From IMG/VR virus record IMGVR_UViG_3300044922_000290, positions 32,432 through 96,431 of that record: a DNA stretch of 64,000 nucleotides. One strand, given 5' to 3'. This document shows positions 18,144 to 25,876 of this stretch, in pieces; the first letter of the stretch is position 1; each line of letters opens with the position of its first letter. Source of the stretch: a virus. The notes under the pieces are model-generated. The model was not told where the DNA came from, searched no databases, and saw only the letters and a list, made by a program, of their open reading frames with translations. Made by a program: the position numbers and the translations under genes.

Positions 18144-18159
18144 TGTTCCACGTGAAACA
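18144..18159. promoter_or_regulatory. parS: parS site (ParB-binding centromere-like sequence)
   Basis: TGTTCCACGTGAAACA is an exact match to the bacterial consensus TGTTNCACGTGAAACA and lies in non-coding DNA. Confidence 0.75.
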
Positions 18160-18197
18160 TTACATAATGTATTGACTATCAACACTTTCAGAAGAAA

Positions 18198-18303
18198 ATT
18201 AATAAACTATAGCATTAGTAGTGGCCTTGATTATATCTAACATCATTTCACCGTTAAATATAAATGTACCCTCCTAAAACACCTAATACTATAGTCTATT
18301 AAT
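18198..18303 (-). ncRNA. long hairpin element
   Basis: 21-bp outer stem and 12-bp inner stem; all mismatches are G-U on the minus strand. Confidence 0.55.
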
Positions 18304-18325
18304 AGTGTAGCACATAGTGCTTAGA

Positions 18326-18351
18326 GAAGAATAAACTCCCCGTAGGGAGTT
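18326..18351 (-). terminator. intrinsic terminator with cUACGg tetraloop
   Basis: AACTCCC-TACG-GGGAGTT-TATTCTT directly after the first early ORF. Confidence 0.65.
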
Positions 18352-18374
18352 ATATCTCAAGATGATTAAAGGGA

Positions 18375-18653
18375 CTATTCGTCCCTTTTCATCATCAATG
18401 TGTTGCAGGTAACCTCTTTTACCTCACCATTATCATCTGTAATCTCTACCTGTCTTGGGATTACAGTGAAATGTGCTACATTAATGTCCATTGTAGCACC
18501 CTTATTTTCCTGATTATCCAATGAAATGTAGAAGGTTAGTTTACGTGAGATACTGTTATTCTCACCTACTTTCTGAGTAGTGTTAGTAACAATCTTGGTG
18601 AAAAACTTACCTGAAAGGTCTGACTTGCGTGAAAATTCTACTGTAAATAGCAT
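18375..18653 (-). CDS. first gene of the early arm, hypothetical protein
   Basis: 92-aa beta-rich ORF. Confidence 0.65.
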   Translation of the reverse strand: MLFTVEFSRKSDLSGKFFTKIVTNTTQKVGENNSISRKLTFYISLDNQENKGATMDINVAHFTVIPRQVEITDDNGEVKEVTCNTLMMKRDE

Positions 18654-18793
18654 AAGCTGCGGATTTATTAAGTTTGTTTATAGAACACGGTGGATGAGTT
18701 TCCCCGCTGAACTTATGAGGGGGTGTTGTTTGGGGCTGGAACTTAATTCACTACACATACACCATTTCAAAAAATATTTCCAAAAATTTTTAG

Positions 18794-18832
18794 TGGGGGG
18801 TATCAAATATCCTATATAAACATGGGGGGTAT
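18794..18832 (+). repeat. direct repeat TGGGGGGTAT x2 in the divergent intergenic region
   Basis: Copies at 18794-18803 and 18823-18832; further G-runs at 18719-18723 and 18732-18735. Confidence 0.7.
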
Positions 18833-18868
18833 GTTTTTTATTTTAGTAACTTTTTTGTACCTTGCAAG

Positions 18869-18881
18869 TATAATTGCTATA
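18869..18881 (+). promoter_or_regulatory. candidate late-gene motif TATAATTGCTATA
   Basis: Identical 13-mer at 28696-28708; both copies lie upstream of late operons. Confidence 0.45.
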
Positions 18882-18894
18882 AAATAATAAGCGA

Positions 18895-19239
18895 ATGCAC
18901 AAATTACATATACCTATATACGAAATACCTTTATTTGTGTATATAGGATACCCACCTGAAGGTATTAGAAAGAAGTATAATATAGATCCAGGGTTAGATG
19001 CAGTAGCTGCTGTACATGAAATAGAAGGTGCACTTTTAGTATGGTTTCACCCAACAGAATTTATACCATCTTTAGTAGCACATGAAGTAATACATCTTAA
19101 GAACTTGATATTCACACATATATCTTTTAAACAAGATCCTACAAATGATGAAGCAGAAGCTTATCTTGTAGAATACTTAGTAAAAGAAATAGAGAAAGTT
19201 TTCAAAAAATACAACCTTTCTCAGAAAAAAGTAGTATAA
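18895..19239 (+). CDS. zincin-like (HExxH) metallopeptidase-fold protein
   Basis: LVAHEVIH...NDEAEAYL. Confidence 0.65.
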   Translation: MHKLHIPIYEIPLFVYIGYPPEGIRKKYNIDPGLDAVAAVHEIEGALLVWFHPTEFIPSLVAHEVIHLKNLIFTHISFKQDPTNDEAEAYLVEYLVKEIEKVFKKYNLSQKKVV

Positions 19240-19441
19240 TTGCACCAATATAACTTCAATCCCCTATTAAAAGTCGGAAGATTGTTGGATCAGGTAAATT
19301 GATAATCAGTTACTTAATAACTTTAGAAGTTTAGTTTTGACTTCTCCATTTAAGGTTTTGACCCCTTCCCTTAAATTGGTTCTTTTTAAAGGGGTTTTTC
19401 TTAACAATCTGTTTTTTCTGCGAAAAAACTTATAAATTCCC

Positions 19442-19471
19442 TTGTTTATCTAAAAATAATACCTATATTTG
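19442..19471 (+). promoter_or_regulatory. Bacteroidota sigma70-type promoter for groEL
   Basis: TTG (19442-19444), 19-nt spacer, TATATTTG (19464-19471); matches the -33/-7 TAnnTTTG consensus. Confidence 0.6.
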
Positions 19472-19488
19472 CTCAAAACAATTCAAAA

Positions 19489-21054
19489 ATGAGCAAAATA
19501 ATAGAATTTCACACAAGATCCCTCCAGAAAGGTGCTAACATTTTAGCAAATGCAGTAAAAGGTACTCTTGGCCCACAAGGAAGGAATGTAATTCTTTCAC
19601 GTCAATTCAATGCACCACACATTACTAAAGATGGTGTTAGTGTAGCTTCTTCAATAAAGCTTGAAGATCCAAATGAAAATCTTGGAGCACAACTTTTACA
19701 GGAGATAGCTAACAAAACACTAGAAGTCTCAGGAGATGGTACTACTACAAGTATTGTTTTAGCACAAACCATTCTTAATGAAGGACTAAGACTAATAGCT
19801 GAAGGCACAAATCCTGTAAAACTAAAGAAAGGTATAGAGCTAGCAACAGTAGAAGCTATACAATCTATTAAATCACAATCACTACTATTACAATCAGATT
19901 CTATTCTTAATGTAGCTACTATATCAGCTAATAATGACTTTACTATAGGTAAACTAATAGCTGATGCTGTAAATCTAGTAGGAGAAGAAGGTTTAATTAC
20001 AGTTGAAGAATCAAGGTCTACTGAAACATACATAGAAGTTACAGAAGGACTAAAGATAGATAAAGGGTACATTTCACCTTACTTTGTTACTGATCCTAAT
20101 AAGATGGTAGTAGAATACCAGAATGCACTTATCCTGATTACAGATGAGAAGATAACAGCTACTACTCAAATACTTAAGTACTTAGAAGCTTGTGTAAAAG
20201 AACAAAGAGCTCTTATTATTATCTGTGAAGACTTATTAGATGAAGCTCTTTCTACTCTTGTAGTAAACAGAATGAAAGGTATCAAAGTAGCAGCTATCAA
20301 AGCTCCTGCACATGGTGACCACAAGAAAGAACTATTACAGGATATAGCTACAATAACTGGTGGTCTATATATTACTCAAGATAAAGGATTATCACTAGAA
20401 TCTTCTCAACTATCTTCTTTAGGACAATCAGATGTTAAAATCTTTAAAGACTCTACCACTCTTATTAATGGTAAAGGCAAGAAAGAAGACATACTTATCA
20501 GAGTATCTCAAATTAAAGAACAAGCTAAACACGCTGAATTACAGTTTGACCAAGATAGGCTAACCAAGAGAGCACAGAAACTTTCAGGAGGAGCAGCTGT
20601 ATTATATGTAGGAGCAACAACTGAAACAGAGTTAAAAGAAAAAGCTGATAGAATAGATGATGCACTTTGTGCTACAAAAGCTGCAATAGCTGAAGGTATA
20701 GTACCAGGAGGAGGAACAGCATTTATAAAAGCAATAGCTTCTATCTCTTCTTCAAAAGATAAAGACATTCAGTCAGGTATTGACTTAATAAAGAAAGCAT
20801 TAGAAGCACCTCTTCGTCAAATACTTCAAAATGCAGGACTAGAAGAAGATACTATTATTTCTAAAGTAAAGAAAGGCAAACAGTTTAATGCCAAGTCAGA
20901 ACAATATGAAGATCTATTAGTTTCAGGAGTAATAGACCCAACAAAAGTAGTAAGAGTAGCCTTGGAAAACGCATCATCAGTATGTGCACTATTCCTAACT
21001 ACTTCTTGTGTAGTAGCAGAAAAATATATAGAAACCCCAATGAACTTTAATTAA
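19489..21054 (+). CDS. groEL: phage-encoded group I chaperonin GroEL (Cpn60)
   Basis: TLGPQGRNV, ITKDGVSVA, GDGTTT, KGYISPYF, RIDDAL, GIVPGGG, GVIDPTKVVRVALENA; no GGM tail. Confidence 0.97.
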   Translation: MSKIIEFHTRSLQKGANILANAVKGTLGPQGRNVILSRQFNAPHITKDGVSVASSIKLEDPNENLGAQLLQEIANKTLEVSGDGTTTSIVLAQTILNEGLRLIAEGTNPVKLKKGIELATVEAIQSIKSQSLLLQSDSILNVATISANNDFTIGKLIADAVNLVGEEGLITVEESRSTETYIEVTEGLKIDKGYISPYFVTDPNKMVVEYQNALILITDEKITATTQILKYLEACVKEQRALIIICEDLLDEALSTLVVNRMKGIKVAAIKAPAHGDHKKELLQDIATITGGLYITQDKGLSLESSQLSSLGQSDVKIFKDSTTLINGKGKKEDILIRVSQIKEQAKHAELQFDQDRLTKRAQKLSGGAAVLYVGATTETELKEKADRIDDALCATKAAIAEGIVPGGGTAFIKAIASISSSKDKDIQSGIDLIKKALEAPLRQILQNAGLEEDTIISKVKKGKQFNAKSEQYEDLLVSGVIDPTKVVRVALENASSVCALFLTTSCVVAEKYIETPMNFN

Positions 21055-21059
21055 TTAAT

Positions 21060-21335
21060 ATGAAAACATCAAATGTAACACCAGTACCTCTTGGAGAAAG
21101 AGTTATAGTAGAACCAATAGTAGAAAAACAAGAATCAGAGTTATTCTTAGCTGAAACTAAACTACCGCCTGCAACACAAGGTATAATAAAAGCTGTATCA
21201 GAACAAGTAACTACTTTAAAAGTAGGAGATGTAGTACAGTTTAGTCCTAATACAGGAGTACCTTTACTTATGGTAGATAATGCCTACCTATTAATGAGAG
21301 TAGGAGATATAATTTGTAAATTTGTTGAACTTTAA
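21060..21335 (+). CDS. groES: co-chaperonin GroES (Cpn10)
   Basis: PLGERVIVEP...GIIKAV...LKVGDVVQF...YLLMRVGDII. Confidence 0.88.
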   Translation: MKTSNVTPVPLGERVIVEPIVEKQESELFLAETKLPPATQGIIKAVSEQVTTLKVGDVVQFSPNTGVPLLMVDNAYLLMRVGDIICKFVEL

Positions 21336-21345
21336 AAATATAACT

Positions 21346-21702
21346 ATGAAAGAGATAACCCCAAAAGAATACATGGAATCTTTTCTACATTTTGATAACT
21401 ATAAAATAGAATATACAGATTCTTATGAATCTGACTTCTATAGGTTTAACATTAAAGTAGTGAAAAAAGATGAAACATCTTTCGATGTACCTCATTATGC
21501 AACTAACGCATATTTAATTAGGAATACATCTTTAGAAACAATTTTAAAAGATTGTCCTTACATTTTAGCAGATGTAATAAGTTTTACAGTAAATGCCATA
21601 ATAAAAGATACTGTGGAAAACCCAACATATCAAAAAGACTGTGAAACACCAAAAGTTACGTTGGAAGATACAGATTTTGATAAACTAACCTTTGAATTGT
21701 AA
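21346..21702 (+). CDS. hypothetical protein
   Basis: Likely start at MKEITP. Confidence 0.6.
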   Translation: MKEITPKEYMESFLHFDNYKIEYTDSYESDFYRFNIKVVKKDETSFDVPHYATNAYLIRNTSLETILKDCPYILADVISFTVNAIIKDTVENPTYQKDCETPKVTLEDTDFDKLTFEL

Positions 21703-21711
21703 TTAAGAAAG

Positions 21712-21734
21712 GAGCTACGAAAGTAGCTCTTTTT
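21712..21734 (+). terminator. intrinsic terminator
   Basis: GAGCTAC-GAAA-GTAGCTC-TTTTT. Confidence 0.8.
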
Positions 21735-21775
21735 GCTTTTGCAACTAATTAAAAACTATTTCGTATATTTACCCT

Positions 21776-21958
21776 ATGACAATGCCAAGAGTTTTTTCTA
21801 TAGAATGTGAATCAGTAACAGGACTTATCAAAGCTACGCTTAATGTAGAGAAGATATTTCAAACCTGTATGCTTGAAGGTGAGCATTACCTTACAGAAAC
21901 TTTTAGCTTAGAGGATAAACACTTTTTAGTTGTTACAGTATGGAACTCAGAGGAATAA
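21776..21958 (+). CDS. hypothetical protein
   Basis: 60-aa ORF. Confidence 0.5.
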   Translation: MTMPRVFSIECESVTGLIKATLNVEKIFQTCMLEGEHYLTETFSLEDKHFLVVTVWNSEE

Positions 21959-22236
21959 CAGACCTATATAATACAAAGCTAACAGAAGAAGGGCCAAAAG
22001 AGTTTCTTGTAAAAAGAAATGCATCTTTTAAAATCTACTGTGAACCTTTTCATTTGGGAGCACATGCTGAAGTACTTAACATACGCACAGGTAAAGTGTT
22101 TAAAGACAGGTGTCAGGTACATATAGAAAATATGGGAGTAGTTGTAGTTAAAATAGCTGCTACCAAACTAAATGAACTGAAAAAGCAACATTCACAAAAT
22201 AAGACAGTAGGATTTCATGCGCACAAAGGTAATTAG
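21940..22236 (+). CDS. hypothetical protein
   Basis: 98-aa ORF. Confidence 0.6.
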   Translation: MELRGITDLYNTKLTEEGPKEFLVKRNASFKIYCEPFHLGAHAEVLNIRTGKVFKDRCQVHIENMGVVVVKIAATKLNELKKQHSQNKTVGFHAHKGN

Positions 22237-22639
22237 GAACTACTTTGAAGACTACAATAGCCTGGAAAAGTTTAAAGTAGAATTTCTACAAGAGCTGGAT
22301 AATTGGAAAGATGAAATGATGTTGCATGATTTACATTACGTAGTATTAGAAGAAATCTACTTACAGGAAACAGAACCTTCTTATACTTTGCAATACGAGT
22401 TTTATTTGCAGGGAAGATATAAATACCACCTATCTTTCTCACAAATAAAAGAACACTCTTTACAAGAAAAGAAGAATATACCTGTAAAGGTATTTGTCAC
22501 AATGGCAGAGTTTAAAGATTTATTGCTTGCATATATGACAGAATATCCTGATATTTGTCCAGACAAGAATAAATTAGTAGTAAACGGAGTTACATTTAAA
22601 CTCTACTTAGAAGAAATAAACAATGGTAAAACCATTTAA
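22217..22639 (+). CDS. hypothetical protein
   Basis: 140-aa ORF. Confidence 0.6.
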   Translation: MRTKVIRNYFEDYNSLEKFKVEFLQELDNWKDEMMLHDLHYVVLEEIYLQETEPSYTLQYEFYLQGRYKYHLSFSQIKEHSLQEKKNIPVKVFVTMAEFKDLLLAYMTEYPDICPDKNKLVVNGVTFKLYLEEINNGKTI

Positions 22640-23111
22640 TATAAAAGTAAAGAATAAACAAGAATTGTTTTTAGCTTACCTTAAAGCAATAAATTGGACT
22701 TTGCCTGAACAGTTAACTGATTCAGAGTTAGAAGTCCTGTCGTATCTTGTGTATTATAATAACTTCTATGCAGCTGAAATAAAGTCAGATGAAATAAGGT
22801 ATGATTTACTATTCTCTTCTTCAACAAAAAAGAAGATAAGGGAAGAGTTTGATATAGATGCACAAAAGTTTGAGACTTACTTAAATAAACTACGTAAAAA
22901 AGGTATTATCACAAATAATACTTTATCTAAACAAGTAGTAATAACAATGGAAGATAAATTAGAAATACGTTTTACAATGGCTGTAAAAGAAGAACCAAAA
23001 CCAACAGAAAATGAAAGACCTTCTTTTGATGCCTTTGTAGATGAAGCAATAGAAGTACCTGAATTAAAAGCAGTAACTTTTATAGATGATGATGACTTAG
23101 ATATATTATAA
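22623..23111 (+). CDS. winged-helix DNA-binding protein
   Basis: LTDSELEVLSYL...KKKIREEF...YLNKLRKKGII; acidic tail. Confidence 0.6.
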   Translation: MVKPFNIKVKNKQELFLAYLKAINWTLPEQLTDSELEVLSYLVYYNNFYAAEIKSDEIRYDLLFSSSTKKKIREEFDIDAQKFETYLNKLRKKGIITNNTLSKQVVITMEDKLEIRFTMAVKEEPKPTENERPSFDAFVDEAIEVPELKAVTFIDDDDLDIL

Positions 23112-23359
23112 TGAAACTGGATTATAGATTAGAAAGATTAGTAGAGAAACATGCCAAAAGGTGCGGTATAACTAAAGCAGAAGCTTTGGAAGTAGTATCT
23201 GCTTATTTTACTAACATAAAAGATAAGATTACAGGCTCCTCTTATGAAGAAGGGTTTGTGGAAATATACATGCCTAAGTTAGGAGAGTTTTGTCCTAACT
23301 ATCAAAAAATAGAAAAAGTACATGAAGTTATTGAAGCTAGAAAACAACAACCTTTGTAG
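23111..23359 (+). CDS. HU/IHF-like DNA-binding protein
   Basis: LVEKHAKRCGITKAEALEVV...EIYMPKLGEF. Confidence 0.6.
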   Translation: MKLDYRLERLVEKHAKRCGITKAEALEVVSAYFTNIKDKITGSSYEEGFVEIYMPKLGEFCPNYQKIEKVHEVIEARKQQPL

Positions 23360-23867
23360 CATTACTCCTGAAGCATTAGGATTAAAAGCTTTTAGGGATA
23401 TATGGGAAAGGGATAAAACCAAAAATAAAGACAGGGCTAAACTAGATTTAGCCTTTGTATATTTTTACGCTGACTGGACTTCTGTATTCAAACTATTTGA
23501 GAAGCAGCTAAAGATAGAAAAGTTAGAAGAAGAAATATACGACAAAAAGTATAAGTGTGATGAACTTGTATTAGCTGCATGCGAATTGTACGAAGTAATA
23601 CAAAATGAATCTTCTTTCTCCTTAAAATTCTTAAACTCAATAAAAGAGTCTGCTGTAAATATATCTAACTATCTAAAGACCATAAGATTAGAAGAAAGAA
23701 CTAAGCTAGGTGGACAGGTTTATAATGTAGCACAAATACAAAAAGCCATTTCAGATTTTCCTGAAACAATAAAAAAGATTACTGAAATGGAGAAAGTAGT
23801 AGAAGCAGAACTAACTCAAAAAGATAACTTAAGAGGCGGGGCTGAAAAATCAACATTTGAGGATTAA
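23322..23867 (+). CDS. conserved crAss-like protein upstream of TerL (possible small terminase subunit)
   Basis: FRDIWERDKTKNKDRAKLDLAFVYFYAD...LRGGAEK; position immediately before terL. Confidence 0.6.
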   Translation: MKLLKLENNNLCSITPEALGLKAFRDIWERDKTKNKDRAKLDLAFVYFYADWTSVFKLFEKQLKIEKLEEEIYDKKYKCDELVLAACELYEVIQNESSFSLKFLNSIKESAVNISNYLKTIRLEERTKLGGQVYNVAQIQKAISDFPETIKKITEMEKVVEAELTQKDNLRGGAEKSTFED

Positions 23868-25876
23868 TGCTTACGAAAGAAGACATACATAATTTTACTG
23901 AAGTAAGAAGACACTTTGAAGAATATAACTCTTATTGCCCCTTTCCCGAATCTCGTACACCTAACTCACGTTGGATGCAATTCTGGAATAGAGAGCAAGA
24001 AAGAATATTAAAGGGTTACTACTACACAGAAGATAAATTTATTACAGGAGAACTATACTATTATTTCAATTATAGTATAATGGATAAGACTGTAGAAGAA
24101 GGTGGAATGACTTTTTCCATTAATGGATTTCCAGTAACTTGGGATGGTACTATTGAAGTAGATGGGTATTATCAAGAGGCACATAGAAATAAAAAAGATT
24201 GCTTCATACTCAAAGGTCGTAGGAAAGGTTTATCTTACTATGCAGCAGCATTAGCTTCTAGAATATACCATTTTAAAAGAAACAGTAATGTATTTATTGT
24301 AGCAGCAACAAAACAATATATTTTAGGTGCTGACTCTACAATGACTAAGGTACTTCAGAATGTTGACCACATGTCTTTACATACACCTTTTGGTAAACTA
24401 CGTCAAAAGATTAATAAAGCTGACCACATACGTGCAAGTTATCTAGAGAATGTAAAAGGGCAGATAATAGAAAAAGGTTACAAATCTAATATAGCTGCAA
24501 TAGTTTTAGATGACCCACAAAAGTTACGTGGTAAAAGCGCAGATTTAATTATAGTAGAAGAAGCTGGTTCATTCCCTAATTTACTAGATGCAATACCTAT
24601 TATAAGAAAATCAGTACAGGAAGGTATATTAAAGAAAGGTACAATATTAGCATTTGGTACAGGTGGTGATGAAGGGCCAGGTTTTGCAGCAATGGAAACT
24701 GTATTCTACAAACCTGATGCATACGGATTTCAAGATGTAAAGAATATATGGGAAGAAGCTAAAGTTACCCAACCTTGTTGTTTCTTCTTCCCTGCTTACA
24801 AAAACTACTTGGGTTTTATAGATGAGAATGGTAACTCTTTAGAGAAAGAAGCAAAAGATTATATACTACAGCAAAGGCTAGATAAAAAGAAATTAGGTGT
24901 GGATAATAAGACGCTGTTAAAAATGGCAGCGGAAGATCCAATTACACCTGAAGAAGCAATGCTTCGTACAAAGGGTACTTACTTTCCGATAACTGAAGCA
25001 AAGAAAAGATTATCAGAACTATACACAGACAAAGAGTTATCAAAGCACAATGTTGGTAGATTAGAGTATAATGAAGATAAAGTAATTAAATGGGTTGATG
25101 TACAGGATGCACAACCTCAAAGAGAATGGCCTATATTAGACCCAACCATAAATTACATAGAAGTATTTGAACTGCCTCAACAAGATAAAAACACACTTGT
25201 AGTACCTCGTAACAGATACATAGGAGGTATTGACCCGTACAATCAAGACCAGACAACAAACTCTGAATCAGTTGGTTGTATGTTTATAATGGACTTATGG
25301 ACTGACAGGATTGTATGTGAGTATACAGCTCGTCCTGAAAGAGCAGAAGATTTCTATGAAACTTGTAGACGTATTTTAGTTTGGTACAATGCAACAGCAA
25401 TGTATGAAGCTTCTGTAACCCTGATGTATAAATTCTTTGAGAGAAAACAACAATTGTATTTATTGGCAGATACTCCTTCTTACTTAAGAGATAGAAATAC
25501 TTGGAGAGAAGGGTTAGATACTTCAAAAGGTATAAAGCCAACTGAAGATGTAAACAAAAGAGGAAGAGAATCACAAAAAACCTGGATGCTATCCGACTTA
25601 GATGTAACTACAGGTTCCAAAAAAATAGATACCATAAGATCTGTAGGTTACTTAAAAGAAGTTATAAACTGGAATAAGGATGGTAACTTTGATAGAGTAT
25701 CTGCAATGAACATGCTATTCTTGTATAGAGAAGACCTTACAGATGATGTTGCAGAAGAAAGGAAAAAACCTAAGTCAAATAAATTCGGTAACTTTTTTAC
25801 CAAATTTAAAGTACAAAGGAAGTTAACAGACATTTTCGATAAAGAAGATTTTGAAACATTTGAGAAATACAGATAA
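23867..25876 (+). CDS. terL: terminase large subunit
   Basis: Walker A LKGRRKGLSY, Walker B IIVEEAG, coupling motif FGTGG, nuclease motifs GGIDPY and NFDRVSA. Confidence 0.93.
   Translation: MLTKEDIHNFTEVRRHFEEYNSYCPFPESRTPNSRWMQFWNREQERILKGYYYTEDKFITGELYYYFNYSIMDKTVEEGGMTFSINGFPVTWDGTIEVDGYYQEAHRNKKDCFILKGRRKGLSYYAAALASRIYHFKRNSNVFIVAATKQYILGADSTMTKVLQNVDHMSLHTPFGKLRQKINKADHIRASYLENVKGQIIEKGYKSNIAAIVLDDPQKLRGKSADLIIVEEAGSFPNLLDAIPIIRKSVQEGILKKGTILAFGTGGDEGPGFAAMETVFYKPDAYGFQDVKNIWEEAKVTQPCCFFFPAYKNYLGFIDENGNSLEKEAKDYILQQRLDKKKLGVDNKTLLKMAAEDPITPEEAMLRTKGTYFPITEAKKRLSELYTDKELSKHNVGRLEYNEDKVIKWVDVQDAQPQREWPILDPTINYIEVFELPQQDKNTLVVPRNRYIGGIDPYNQDQTTNSESVGCMFIMDLWTDRIVCEYTARPERAEDFYETCRRILVWYNATAMYEASVTLMYKFFERKQQLYLLADTPSYLRDRNTWREGLDTSKGIKPTEDVNKRGRESQKTWMLSDLDVTTGSKKIDTIRSVGYLKEVINWNKDGNFDRVSAMNMLFLYREDLTDDVAEERKKPKSNKFGNFFTKFKVQRKLTDIFDKEDFETFEKYR

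Noticed and set aside
17811-18819. Plus-strand ORFs 17811..18011 and 18580..18819
   Set aside because: Wrong strand for this arm; they overlap hairpin elements, G-runs or a real gene, and have atypical composition.
18177-19296. IHF-box-like words TATCAACACTTT (about 18177) and AATCAGTTACTTA (about 19284)
   Set aside because: The degenerate AT-rich consensus is expected by chance in this genome.
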